From: Aerosakkonema funiforme BLCC-F2
GTDB lineage: Bacteria; Cyanobacteriota; Cyanobacteriia; Cyanobacteriales; Aerosakkonemataceae
Assembly (NCBI RefSeq): GCF_041929185.1
Contig: NZ_JBHFNO010000043.1
Length of the DNA: 21,353 nt
Strand: one strand, 5' to 3'
Both the position numbers and the translations under genes were made by a program. Positions 8,088 to 16,977 of this stretch are shown here, piece after piece. The stretch's first letter is position 1; each line of letters begins with the position of its first letter. Below the pieces are notes generated by a model, which made no database searches, was not told the origin of the DNA, and saw only the letters and a program-made list of their open reading frames with translations.

Positions 8088-8502
8088 TCTTCCTTTAATA
8101 GAAGTTAAACCAACGCTTGAGTTTAAGAGTGACTTACGCGCCCTATCCAAAAAGTACCGCCATATTAAATCTGATATTCAGCCAGTTATTGAACGACTAC
8201 AAACTGGGGAATTACTTGGCGATCGGATACCTGGGATAGGTTATGAGGTATTTAAGGCGCGAGTCAGAAACAGCGATATCAAAAAGGGTAAAAGCGGTGG
8301 CTATAGACTGATATACTATATTCAAAACCCCACAAGCATCATTTTGATCAGTATTTATTCAAAATCTGAGCAATCCGATATTGCCGCAGAGAAAATTCGA
8401 CGTATCGTGACTGAGTTTAATGAGCTTAGTCTCGGCGGAGACTTCAGTCAAGATCGAGAAGAAACGCAAGATGAGAAAAATGGCGATCGTCCCAGCGATT
8501 AA
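8077..8502 (+). CDS. RelE/ParE-family type II toxin with an acidic C-terminal extension
   Basis: The core ...IPGIGYEVFKARVRNSDIKKGKSGGYRLIYYIQNPTSIILISIYSKSEQSDI resembles E. coli RelE (...SGYRLVYQVIDEKVVVFVISVGKRE...). A tail of about 45 aa rich in D/E/Q follows. ATG 8077 is preferred over the TTG at 8074. Confidence 0.7.
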   Translation: MPNNLPLIEVKPTLEFKSDLRALSKKYRHIKSDIQPVIERLQTGELLGDRIPGIGYEVFKARVRNSDIKKGKSGGYRLIYYIQNPTSIILISIYSKSEQSDIAAEKIRRIVTEFNELSLGGDFSQDREETQDEKNGDRPSD

Positions 8503-8567
8503 AATTTAGGGTTAAAGAGGCTAAAGTCGCCGACAAGCATAAAAAGCGATCGCCACCTCCCAAAACT

Positions 8568-10340
8568 TCACAAGATATCCTCTGCAAACTTTCCGAGATT
8601 TTCCTGTCTCCACTTAGCATCTGCCTTCCGATTTGTTCTCAATTCTAATACCCGAATTCCTTGTTCTGGCAGAGGATTCAATCTTTGTTTCAGTTGCTGC
8701 CAAGAAGCGATCGCTTCATATTCGACATTGTAGGTAGCACAAAGCTGAGCGAAATCTATATCCTGGGGTGTGGCAAAAAATTCTTCAAATGGCGGCTCAA
8801 ATTTGGCAATTGGCAACATTTCAAATATACCACCACCATTGTTATTAATCAAGATAATAGTGAGATGTCCGAGAAATTTATTTCTCAATAAAAAGCCGTT
8901 GGTATCGTGCAACAAAGCTAAATCTCCTGTCAGCATGACGCTGCTTTGATGGCGATGGGCAATGCCTAAAGCGGTGGATAAAGTGCCGTCGATGCCATTA
9001 GCGCCCCGGTTGAAAAAGGGTTGAATTCCAGAATTGTTCGGTGTCCAGAAAAATTCCACATCTCGCACGGGCATACTGTTGGCAATAAATATAGGCGTTG
9101 CTGGTGGTAAAGACTGGGAAAGTAACCAAGCAACTTTACATTCAAATAAGGTTTCTGTTGTTGCCATTGTGCGGTCAATGCGTTGCCTGACAGTGGCTTC
9201 GGCATCGCACCAAATTTGCAGATATTTACTGAGATTATTTGGTTCGATCGCACATATTTGCGCTAGCTGTTCTACGGATAATCGCAGATGAGTTGTGTTG
9301 CCGTGTAGCGGATCTAAATTGTGATGGCTGGTGTCAATTACCCATGTGAGCGGTTGGGTTGATTCTAACCAAGTTCGCAGTTCTTTACTGGTGGGTAAGT
9401 CTCCTATCTGGATGGCGATTTCCGGTTTAAGTTGTTGTGCTATTTGTTGGTTTCTTAATATCGAATCGTAGGTGGAAATTAAGTAAGGATTTAGTTCGGC
9501 ATAATTTCGCAATGGCGATAATCCCTCTGCTAATACAGGCCATTTTAAGGTTTGGGAAAGTTGGGCAATTGCCTGACAATATTGTTTGGGAAAGTGAGGT
9601 TGTGACGTGCCGGCGATGATGATTCCATGCTCGCATTGCGACCAGTTTTGTAACGTATTGAGTAAAGAATTATTGTTGGCTATTGACAACTGACAACTGA
9701 CAACTGACGACTGACAACTAGCAAAGAAATGTTCTGGCTGAAATTGCGATCGCAACTCCTCGGTAGCCGCTTGGGGTATGGGGGCGAGAGGGTCGCGAAA
9801 GGGGATGTTAAGATGGATTGGGCCGGGAACGGGAAAGAGCGATCGCTCCCACCCATGAATAATTGTTTGCCGCAGATAATTCAGCATTCCTATTTCTAAT
9901 GATGGCACTGCTAACTCGGCTTGCCAGTTCGGATAAGTGCCATATAATTTGATTTGGTCGATAGTTTGTCCGGAATGACAATCTCGCAATTCTGGGGGGC
10001 GATCGGCTGTGAAAACTAACAGCGGTACGCGACTTTCTCTGGCTTCAATAATAGCAGGATAAAAGTTTGCGCCCGCAGTTCCGGAAGTGCAAACTAATGC
10101 TACTGGCAAACCTGATTTTTTGGCAATTCCCAAAGCAAAAAAAGCAGCCGATCGCTCGTCCAAAACGGGAATTGCTTCTATTTTATCTTGTTGGGCAAAA
10201 GCAACTGCCAAAGCAGTAGAACGCGACCCCGGACAGATAACTGCTGTAGTTAGTCCGAGTCGTTTTAAGGTTTCCGTAAGTATGGAAGCCCAGACAGAAT
10301 TAGTGTTGCGAAAATCTATGGGCATTGGGGATTGGGTCAT
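8568..10340 (-). CDS. menD: SEPHCHC synthase MenD (TPP-dependent)
   Basis: The N-terminus has ...VICPGSRSTALAVAFAQ...GTAGANFYPAIIEARESRVPLLVFTADRPPELRDCHSGQTIDQ. The C-terminus has the TPP-binding motif GDLALLHDTNG. Its start abuts the menF stop. Confidence 0.9.
   Translation of the reverse strand: MTQSPMPIDFRNTNSVWASILTETLKRLGLTTAVICPGSRSTALAVAFAQQDKIEAIPVLDERSAAFFALGIAKKSGLPVALVCTSGTAGANFYPAIIEARESRVPLLVFTADRPPELRDCHSGQTIDQIKLYGTYPNWQAELAVPSLEIGMLNYLRQTIIHGWERSLFPVPGPIHLNIPFRDPLAPIPQAATEELRSQFQPEHFFASCQSSVVSCQLSIANNNSLLNTLQNWSQCEHGIIIAGTSQPHFPKQYCQAIAQLSQTLKWPVLAEGLSPLRNYAELNPYLISTYDSILRNQQIAQQLKPEIAIQIGDLPTSKELRTWLESTQPLTWVIDTSHHNLDPLHGNTTHLRLSVEQLAQICAIEPNNLSKYLQIWCDAEATVRQRIDRTMATTETLFECKVAWLLSQSLPPATPIFIANSMPVRDVEFFWTPNNSGIQPFFNRGANGIDGTLSTALGIAHRHQSSVMLTGDLALLHDTNGFLLRNKFLGHLTIILINNNGGGIFEMLPIAKFEPPFEEFFATPQDIDFAQLCATYNVEYEAIASWQQLKQRLNPLPEQGIRVLELRTNRKADAKWRQENLGKFAEDIL
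9684..9718. repeat. Five tandem heptamers (TGACAAC x4 plus one TGACGAC) inside the menD coding sequence
   Basis: Read directly. On the coding (minus) strand the array reads (AGTTGTC)n and translates in frame to ...ASCQSSVVSCQLSIA... without interrupting the ORF. Confidence 0.8.
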
Positions 10341-11768
10341 TCACACTAAAGCTTTGAGAAGTGCTTGAAGTTTCAGTTGAATTTCTGCAAGTTCTTTGTC
10401 TGGATCTGAGCCAGCAACGATACCGGCACCTGCGTACAGTCTAGCGCGATCGCTATCTATCAGTGCTGAACGAATGCCTACGACAAACTCGCTGTTACCG
10501 CGATGATCTATCCAACCTAATGGTGCCGCATAAACAGAGCGATCGAATGCTTCATAGCGGCGAATTTGGCTCAGCGCGATATCTCTAGGATCGCCTGCAA
10601 CAGCAGGGGTGGGATGGAGTTCTGCCAAAATTTGTAATGGCTGCACACCGCCAGCGATTTTACCTCGAATTGGTGTCCATAAATGTTGTATATTTGATAG
10701 CTGTAAAAGACCGGGAATAGGAAGTCGCTGGTGTGACAAACCGAGGTTGGATAAGCGCTCGACAATGAAATCAATTACAACTCGATGTTCCCGCCTTTCC
10801 TTTTCGCTCCTGAGCAAACGTTCAGCAAAATAGGCATCTTCGGCTGCTGTTTTGCCTCGCGGTGCTGACCCCGCCAAAGCATCGGTTTCTAATTCTCGCT
10901 CTTGTATCCTAATTAAGCGCTCTGGACTGGCACCGATAAAATCTTTACCTTTGCCGTTACTGGTAGAAAAAACATAGCAATCGGGATACATTCTTCGCAA
11001 ATTATTTAAGGAATCAACCCGACGAAAAGGGCGCGGCGAATTAACCTCAATTGCGTGAGCTAAGACAATTTTGCTAAAATGTTTAGACCGAATCGATTGC
11101 AATGCCGATACGACTGAGGCTTGAAAATTTCTGCGATCGGTTACATCTTGCGGTTGAAATTTCTGTTTATAATCGCTCAAATGAAAATTTCTGTAGTTCG
11201 CGAATCTAATTTGGTGGAGTTTCTGCCATATATTCTCTGCTATAACTTCGATGTTTGCATTGCTGTCGATTACAGTATTAGCCACTATAACACAGTAATC
11301 TTTTTGACAAGAAACCTGCCAGCGAGGTAAAAAAACTGTGGCGGCGGGGAAAGGGGAATCGCCATTGATATTCTCATCAAAAAATGTGAAAGTACAGAAA
11401 AAGTGAGGGCCAGAAAAAGGTAGGTCTAACGCGCCTGTGGCAATTGTGTTAGCAAGGCATGAATCGATAAATTTTTGTGCTTGCGAAAAGCGATCGACTC
11501 CTTCTAACTTAAATTTAGCGGCTGTATCGATCGCCGCGATCGCTTCCCCTTGATTGGCTTTTTCCCAATAAAAATGCAGTTTTTCCGCCTCGGCAATGCG
11601 ATCGAGTACAGCTAGCGGATCGAGCGGTTTACTTGGCAGGGAAATACTGACAACTTTTTGCAGCCCTTTTTCAATTAACGTTTGTTTGCAAGCTAAAAGA
11701 AACTGATGCAGTTCCTTGCGATCTTCAAACAGATTAGGATGATGTGTCACTGGCACGGAAGCGAACAT
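10341..11768 (-). CDS. menF: Isochorismate synthase MenF
   Basis: It carries chorismate-binding enzyme signatures: ...GASPERLIRI..., ...LHPTPAVAG..., ...GAGIVAGSDPDKE.... It lies immediately upstream of menD with no gap. Confidence 0.9.
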   Translation of the reverse strand: MFASVPVTHHPNLFEDRKELHQFLLACKQTLIEKGLQKVVSISLPSKPLDPLAVLDRIAEAEKLHFYWEKANQGEAIAAIDTAAKFKLEGVDRFSQAQKFIDSCLANTIATGALDLPFSGPHFFCTFTFFDENINGDSPFPAATVFLPRWQVSCQKDYCVIVANTVIDSNANIEVIAENIWQKLHQIRFANYRNFHLSDYKQKFQPQDVTDRRNFQASVVSALQSIRSKHFSKIVLAHAIEVNSPRPFRRVDSLNNLRRMYPDCYVFSTSNGKGKDFIGASPERLIRIQERELETDALAGSAPRGKTAAEDAYFAERLLRSEKERREHRVVIDFIVERLSNLGLSHQRLPIPGLLQLSNIQHLWTPIRGKIAGGVQPLQILAELHPTPAVAGDPRDIALSQIRRYEAFDRSVYAAPLGWIDHRGNSEFVVGIRSALIDSDRARLYAGAGIVAGSDPDKELAEIQLKLQALLKALV

Positions 11769-11888
11769 AGCAAATTTTTTTAACGTTTGCTTGCCAAATT
11801 TTCAATTATGAGCATGGTAGGGCTAGAGTTAGCACACTCCCACTCCATCTAACCACTTCTGGCGTTCCGTTGTACCAGGCTAGTAGTC

Positions 11889-12056
11889 CACCAAATTGAT
11901 TTTAATGGGTTGTCGTCGGCCAGAAACCCGGTGTTTTAGAAAAACCGGGTTTCTCAAACTGCCGATTCTGCGGGCGAAACAGCCCCGTTGTGGGGAATGG
12001 CGCGACTCGAAGCGGGGCCACAACGGGTCAAAAGGTTTGAAATCCCTGCTTGGTGG
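11889..12056. other. Structured element in the divergent menF/menA intergenic region: an outer 7-bp stem enclosing two perfect 10-bp hairpins. It may be a small RNA, a cis-regulatory RNA or a MITE-like palindromic element
   Basis: The outer stem pairs ccaccaa (11889-11895) with ttggtgg (12050-12056). Hairpin B is agaaacccgg-N13-ccgggtttct (11922-11954). Hairpin C is cccgttgtgg-N25-ccacaacggg (11983-12029). No terminator is expected here because both flanking genes point away from this region. Confidence 0.3.
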
Positions 12057-12143
12057 TAGCGACACTGGCAACGTCCCCAGCAAAGATTGTGGCCTGCGTT
12101 ATCCAGATTGAGTTTACCATTGCGACCTCAGCATCATAAAATT

Positions 12144-13082
12144 ATGAGATTCGGAAAATTCAATCGATACCGTCCGATGACTACACAATCTATTGCTCAT
12201 TCAAACAGTAAGTTGTGGTTGGCAGCACTTAAACCACCGATGTACAGCGTTGCCGTGATTCCAATTTGGGTGGGAACTGCTGTTGCTTGCGCGGAAAATA
12301 ACACTTTTAATGGCGCAATCTTTTCGACATTTTTAATTTCAGCGATTTTGATTGTTGCGTGGCTGAATCTCAGCAACGATGTGTTCGATTCGGAAACTGG
12401 AATTGATAAAAACAAAGCGCATTCGCTCGTTAATTTAACAGGAAATAAACCCTTAATTTTCTGGTTGGCGAATTTGTTTTTAGCTGTGGGTATTCTGGGA
12501 GTAGTGGCGATCGCATGGTGGCAACAAGACCTCACTGTAATCGGTCTGATACTGCTCTGCTGTGCTATGGGCTACACTTACCAAGGGCCGCCCTTTCGGT
12601 TGGGATATCAGGGTTTGGGGGAAATTATTTGCTTTTTTACCTTTGGGCCATTGGGCGGATCGGCGGCGTACTACAGCCAAACCCAAAGCTGGTCGATCGC
12701 CAATATAGCAGCTTCTGCGATCGTCGGCATCGTCACCAGCTTGATTTTGTTTTGCTCCCATTTTCATCAACTTGAAGACGACCTAGCGGCAGGGAAGAAA
12801 TCGCCCATTGTCCGACTCGGCACTGCCAAAGCATCCCAGCTATTACCTTGGTTTGGCGGCAGCATTTACCCTTTGACTGTGCTGTTCGTCGCATTGCACA
12901 TTTTTCCAGTTTGGACATTGCTAATCTTTGTCAGTTTACCCCTCGCCCTCAAGTTATTCCGACACGTTGGCGAAAATCACGATCGACCGGAAAAAGTCAG
13001 CAATTGTAAATTTATCGCCGTAGCCCTGCATTTTTGGAGTGGCTTACTGTTAGGATTGGGATTCGTACTTGCCAACATTTGA
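12144..13082 (+). CDS. menA: 1,4-dihydroxy-2-naphthoate phytyltransferase MenA (UbiA family)
   Basis: It has the UbiA motif NDVFDSETGIDKNK and a second D-rich region (HQLEDDLAAGKKS), plus multiple TM segments. The in-frame ATGs at 12144 and 12177 are both plausible starts. The track start at 12087 is non-ATG. Confidence 0.85.
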   Translation: MRFGKFNRYRPMTTQSIAHSNSKLWLAALKPPMYSVAVIPIWVGTAVACAENNTFNGAIFSTFLISAILIVAWLNLSNDVFDSETGIDKNKAHSLVNLTGNKPLIFWLANLFLAVGILGVVAIAWWQQDLTVIGLILLCCAMGYTYQGPPFRLGYQGLGEIICFFTFGPLGGSAAYYSQTQSWSIANIAASAIVGIVTSLILFCSHFHQLEDDLAAGKKSPIVRLGTAKASQLLPWFGGSIYPLTVLFVALHIFPVWTLLIFVSLPLALKLFRHVGENHDRPEKVSNCKFIAVALHFWSGLLLGLGFVLANI

Positions 13083-14074
13083 TGTTTTATCAGTTTGAAT
13101 TTCGTCCTTATCAGCGACAGTTTAAACGCGCCCTCTCCACCAGTCACGGCAACTGGGATATTCGAGAGGGCATTATCCTGCGCCTCACCGACGATAAAGG
13201 TGTAATTGCTTGGGGAGAAATTGCCCCTATTCCCTGGTTTGGTTCCGAAACATTGCCATCAGCTATAAATTTTTGTAGTCAATTGGGAGATGAAATAACA
13301 ACAGAAACAATTTTCTCTATTCCATCTGAATTACCATCATGTCAATTTGGTTTTGAATCTGCTTGGGAAACATCTCTTGTGAGGCAGGCATCGACGCTGC
13401 CACTAAGACCGGACAGGCAAGATGCCTATCCCACAAGAAAGTATTCTTACAGTTGCTTATTACCAGCAGGCGAAGCCGCTTTACATCAATGGCAAACACT
13501 TTGGCAGCAAGGATATTGCACTTTCAAATGGAAAATTAATGTTACTCCCATTGAAGATGAAATCAAAATTTTTGCCAAGCTAATTCAGGCACTACCGAGG
13601 TCGGCAAAACTGCGATTAGATGCTAATGCTGGACTGAATTGGTCAGAAGCAAATGAATGGCTGAAAATGTGCGAGAATTACTCTGCGATCGAATTCCTCG
13701 AACAACCCCTACCCGTCGAGCAATTTCATGCCATGCTAGATTTAGCTAACCGCTATTCTACCCCAATAGCATTAGATGAATCCGTTGCCACCCTTAACCA
13801 ACTGCAAACCTGTTACGAAGAAGGTTGGCGAAGTATTTTTGTCATCAAACCCGGCATCGTTGGTTCCCCCAGACTTCTGCGTCAATTTTGTCAGCAACAT
13901 GACATCGATGTCGTCTTTTCATCGGTTTTTGAAACAGCCATTGGCAGACAAGCTGCACTTAACCTCGCAGCTGAACTTTCTCATCATAATCGAGCAGTTG
14001 GTTTTGGCGTCAATCACTGGTTTAATGAAGATGAGGAAACGTGGCTTGAAAATTTATGGAACAACCCCCATTAG
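13082..14074 (+). CDS. menC: o-Succinylbenzoate synthase MenC (enolase superfamily)
   Basis: It has the KxK motif (FKWKI), LRLDANAGL, IALDESV and the FVIKPG motifs of MR/MLE-type OSBS. Its start ATG 13082-13084 shares the A of the menA TGA stop (TGATG). Confidence 0.85.
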   Translation: MFYQFEFRPYQRQFKRALSTSHGNWDIREGIILRLTDDKGVIAWGEIAPIPWFGSETLPSAINFCSQLGDEITTETIFSIPSELPSCQFGFESAWETSLVRQASTLPLRPDRQDAYPTRKYSYSCLLPAGEAALHQWQTLWQQGYCTFKWKINVTPIEDEIKIFAKLIQALPRSAKLRLDANAGLNWSEANEWLKMCENYSAIEFLEQPLPVEQFHAMLDLANRYSTPIALDESVATLNQLQTCYEEGWRSIFVIKPGIVGSPRLLRQFCQQHDIDVVFSSVFETAIGRQAALNLAAELSHHNRAVGFGVNHWFNEDEETWLENLWNNPH

Positions 14075-15471
14075 ATCTTGTGGGGCTGGTGTCTCACCTG
14101 CCCAATAATTGGTTAATTGGTTACAACACCCATCAATTTACTCAGCTTGTCGAACAATTATATTTAGAATTAATCCAAATATCCAAACAGCAAAACTCAC
14201 CAAAAATTATCTTAGCCGAACGAAATCCAGTGCGCTTTTTAGCCGGTTTCATCGCTGCAACAGCCGCCGGTTGCCCCGTATTTCTCTGCAATCCCGATTG
14301 GGTAAAAGCTGAATGGCAACAAGTTTTTGAATTAGTTCAACCAGACATAATTTGGGGAAATTTGTCAGTCGTCAATTGCCAGTTGTTCGCTGCAAAGAAA
14401 GAGGAAAAAAAAGCTGATTACAGACAGATTATGATTCCCACGGGTGGTTCGTCGGGTGAAATTCGCTTTGCCATCCACACTTGGGAAACATTGACAGCAT
14501 CGGTGCAAGGTTTTATCGAATATTTCGATATAAAGACAGTCAATTCCTTTTGCGTCTTGCCGCTTTATCATGTCAGCGGTTTGATGCAATTTGTGCGCTC
14601 ATTTATCACTGGTGGAAAACTGGCAATTCTACCTTTTAAAGCACTAGAAGCTGGTGAAAAATGCGAAGTCGAACCAGCAGATTTTTTCATATCTTTAGTG
14701 CCAACTCAACTGCAACGTCTGTTAGATCGTACTCCACAATGGTTGTCTCAGTTTCAAACAGTTTTGTTAGGAGGTGCTACAGCTTGGCACGAACTTCTAG
14801 AACAAGCGAGACACCATGAAATTCGGTTAGCACTCACTTACGGGATGACAGAAACCGCCTCGCAAATTGTCACCCTCAAACCAGAAGATTTTCTCAAGGG
14901 GAATAATAGCTGCGGACAAGTTTTACCTCATGCAAAGGTAAAAATTTGCAATCCAAATGGGAAGATGTTAGGTGCGAATCAAACGGGAATTATCACCATC
15001 AATGCAGATTCATTAGCGCTAGGTTATTATCCTGATACTTCATTTGTTAGAGAAAACCAGAGAATTTTACAACCGGATGATTTGGGATTTTTTGACGAAC
15101 AAGGTTACTTAAACATTGTCGGACGTAACAGCAATAAAATCATCACTGGCGGCGAAAATGTTTTTCCATCGGAAGTGGAAGCGGCGATTCGATCGACTAA
15201 TCTAGTTAGCGATATCTGCGTCATTGGCATACCCGATTCCCATTGGGGTCAAGCGGTGACGGCTGTGTACGTTCCCAGCCATCCAGAAGTTGACACCGAG
15301 ACGCTGCAAACTGCACTTTTAGATAAATTAAGTAACTTCAAGCGCCCCAAATATTGGATACCTGTAGAAAGTTTGCCGCGTAACGCGCAGGGTAAAATTA
15401 ATCGCGAACAAATACAACAAATAGCTATTTCGTGGCATCCAGATCGCTCCAATCTTGCAGCCAGTCAATAA
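14056..15471 (+). CDS. menE: o-Succinylbenzoate-CoA ligase MenE (adenylate-forming enzyme)
   Basis: It contains the AMP-binding motifs [24 protein letters not shown] and [13 protein letters not shown]. It overlaps the menC 3' end by 19 nt. Confidence 0.85.
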   Translation: MEQPPLDLVGLVSHLPNNWLIGYNTHQFTQLVEQLYLELIQISKQQNSPKIILAERNPVRFLAGFIAATAAGCPVFLCNPDWVKAEWQQVFELVQPDIIWGNLSVVNCQLFAAKKEEKKADYRQIMIPTGGSSGEIRFAIHTWETLTASVQGFIEYFDIKTVNSFCVLPLYHVSGLMQFVRSFITGGKLAILPFKALEAGEKCEVEPADFFISLVPTQLQRLLDRTPQWLSQFQTVLLGGATAWHELLEQARHHEIRLALTYGMTETASQIVTLKPEDFLKGNNSCGQVLPHAKVKICNPNGKMLGANQTGIITINADSLALGYYPDTSFVRENQRILQPDDLGFFDEQGYLNIVGRNSNKIITGGENVFPSEVEAAIRSTNLVSDICVIGIPDSHWGQAVTAVYVPSHPEVDTETLQTALLDKLSNFKRPKYWIPVESLPRNAQGKINREQIQQIAISWHPDRSNLAASQ

Positions 15472-15850
15472 TGTCTGTGGGTAATTCTTTTCTACTTCTA
15501 CTCGTAGGATCGATGCAGGCGTGTCTGGTCATTGCCTTTGCTAGCTGCTGCTGCTTAGTATCAAAAATTTGATACTCAATTTCAAACTTATTGCTAGTTA
15601 AACTTTTCGGAAACAAGTAAATAATTATCTTGTCGCCACAGAACATCGGGCGGAGGAAATCAACGCTAGCATGGATGATGGGAATGGCAACTCCTGAGTT
15701 AGTACTGAAAAACGATCGAATATTAATCCCAGATGCTACCAGGGATTCTTCGTAGGCTTCGTGACACATTGGCAAAACATTGGCGAAATAAACGACGCCT
15801 GCTGCATCGGTATCTTGAAAGCGAATTGTCCGAGTATAAGAAAAAGGCAT
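15425..15850 (-). CDS. Hotdog-fold (4HBT-type) thioesterase, probably the 1,4-dihydroxy-2-naphthoyl-CoA thioesterase of phylloquinone synthesis
   Basis: The N-terminus [16 protein letters not shown]...CHEAYEE is a 4HBT-type hotdog motif. Its position in the men cluster matches the cyanobacterial DHNA-CoA hydrolase (Slr0204 type). It overlaps the menE 3' end convergently by 47 nt. Confidence 0.7.
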   Translation of the reverse strand: MPFSYTRTIRFQDTDAAGVVYFANVLPMCHEAYEESLVASGINIRSFFSTNSGVAIPIIHASVDFLRPMFCGDKIIIYLFPKSLTSNKFEIEYQIFDTKQQQLAKAMTRHACIDPTSRSRKELPTDIIDWLQDWSDLDATK

Positions 15851-15916
15851 TTGTTCGCTAATCTCTCACAAAATTACAGCTATAATTGTTATACAACCAT
15901 AATTGGTGTCATCGCT

Positions 15917-16600
15917 ATGACTACCGCCACTCCTACAGATATCCAAACAGTCCTCGCCACAGCTTTACCCCAGTGGAAACCAGCTACTTGGTCAGACTAC
16001 TTAGCTTGTCGCGATGCAGAAACCCCAGAGAGAGTCAGGTTGTTTTTTAATCGGGATAGACTTTTAATTGATATGGGTTCAGAAGGAATCAATCACGCCA
16101 GTGTTAGCGACCTGTTCATCATGCTGTTTGGCTTCTGGTTCGCTCGCTTTACACAACAAATAGCGGCTTCTTTTGGACGTTGTTTGCTGGAGAAGCCGAA
16201 CACACAAGCAGCAGCGCCAGATTTAGTATTGTACATCGGTGAGGGAGTTCCGCAATGGCAACAAGGCGAACTGCGTCGAATAGATTTAAATAGGTGGCGA
16301 GTACCAGATTTGGTGGGTGAAATAGCTGACACAACTATAGCGACTGACTTGGATGAAAAGAAAAAACTTTATGCGGATTTGGGAATTCCAGAATACTGGG
16401 TGGTTAATATTCGAGGTAGACAGGTTATCGCATTTCGGCTAGAGGAAAATGGTAAATATCAACAGTGTAGCGAGTCTGTCGTACTTGCTGGTTTGCCTAT
16501 TTCTTTGCTAGAGCAAACTTTGGAACGTCTGAGCGAAGGAACTAATATTACCGCCGCTGTGTGGTTTTCTCAACAGATTGCTAATTTGAAAGCTGAATGA
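15917..16600 (+). CDS. Uma2-family (DUF820) putative PD-(D/E)XK endonuclease
   Basis: The sequence ...PDLVLYIGEGV...RVPDLVGEIADTT...KKLYADLGIPEYWVVN... matches the Uma2 family, which is greatly expanded in cyanobacteria. I place the start at ATG 15917. The track start at 15761 would overlap the thioesterase promoter and start. Confidence 0.85.
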   Translation: MTTATPTDIQTVLATALPQWKPATWSDYLACRDAETPERVRLFFNRDRLLIDMGSEGINHASVSDLFIMLFGFWFARFTQQIAASFGRCLLEKPNTQAAAPDLVLYIGEGVPQWQQGELRRIDLNRWRVPDLVGEIADTTIATDLDEKKKLYADLGIPEYWVVNIRGRQVIAFRLEENGKYQQCSESVVLAGLPISLLEQTLERLSEGTNITAAVWFSQQIANLKAE

Positions 16601-16818
16601 AGAAAATTATTTGCGGGTTTGTGTGGTTTCTTAGCTTCATGTTTGGATTTTATGAGGCGTCTGTGTTTTTAATAGAGGCCAACACGAACGAAGAATTTTT
16701 GAAAGATAACGTAGAAACAGTTTCTATTTTACTTTGTGCTTCTGCTCTGGGTTCGTCTGTAATAGCTATTGCAGGTACAATGGCGGGAATATTACCAGGT
16801 ACAAGCTCAAAAAAATAA
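16597..16818 (+). CDS. Small predicted membrane protein (73 aa, two hydrophobic helices)
   Basis: An ATGA overlap with the Uma2 stop suggests translational coupling. Hydrophobic segments are IICGFVWFLSFMFGFY and VSILLCASALGSSVIAIAGTMAGIL. The competing minus-strand ORF at 16650..17006 is less convincing. Confidence 0.35.
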   Translation: MKKIICGFVWFLSFMFGFYEASVFLIEANTNEEFLKDNVETVSILLCASALGSSVIAIAGTMAGILPGTSSKK

Positions 16819-16937
16819 GTAATGATGATAGCTAACCTAGATAATAAGCATTTTTGAGAGTGGGTTTTTATATCGTGTCCGGTTGCATCGGTAGTATATG
16901 AGCGAAGCGAAACGTTCTCTGTGGGAATTGGGGGTGA

Positions 16938-16977
16938 AAATTTTACCGCAGATGTAGGCAGATTAACGCAGATTAAC
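16938..16977. repeat. Four tandem 10-bp repeats (gcagatgtag, gcagattaac, gcagattaac, gcagataaga)
   Basis: Seen directly. They are flanked by the imperfect inverted repeat ggttgcatcggtag (16871-16884) and gcaaccgatgctacc (16993-17007), which share the core GCATCGGT/ACCGATGC. Confidence 0.5.

Noticed and set aside
8661-10368. Small + strand ORFs and the minus-strand ORFs 8966..9253 and 9427..9636, all inside menD
   Set aside because: They overlap a 590-aa MenD gene with strong motif support.
11889-12056. A cobalamin riboswitch upstream of menA
   Set aside because: I could not find a B12-box-like consensus or the conserved GGUG...GCCACUG arrangement. No known riboswitch is associated with men genes.
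11880-12111. Two mutually antisense ORFs (67 aa - and 71 aa +) in the menF/menA intergenic region
   Set aside because: They fully overlap each other across the palindromic hairpins, and their Arg/Gly/Cys-rich translations come from GC-rich stems. The region is better explained as a structured element.
12087-12143. The non-ATG start for menA at 12087
   Set aside because: It would place the start inside the structured intergenic element. In-frame ATGs at 12144 and 12177 fit the UbiA-family length better.
12197-13499. Minus-strand ORFs (12197..12535, 12480..12770, 12733..12918, 13317..13499) and the + ORF 12515..12775, in menA and menC
   Set aside because: They are antisense to or out of frame with well-supported men genes.
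13776-14589. ORFs 13776..14108, 14109..14312 (+) and 14365..14589 (-)
   Set aside because: They are alternative frames inside menC and menE.
15761-15916. The upstream start for the Uma2 ORF at 15761
   Set aside because: It would overlap the thioesterase 5' end and promoter. The ATG at 15917 gives a typical Uma2 length of about 227 aa.
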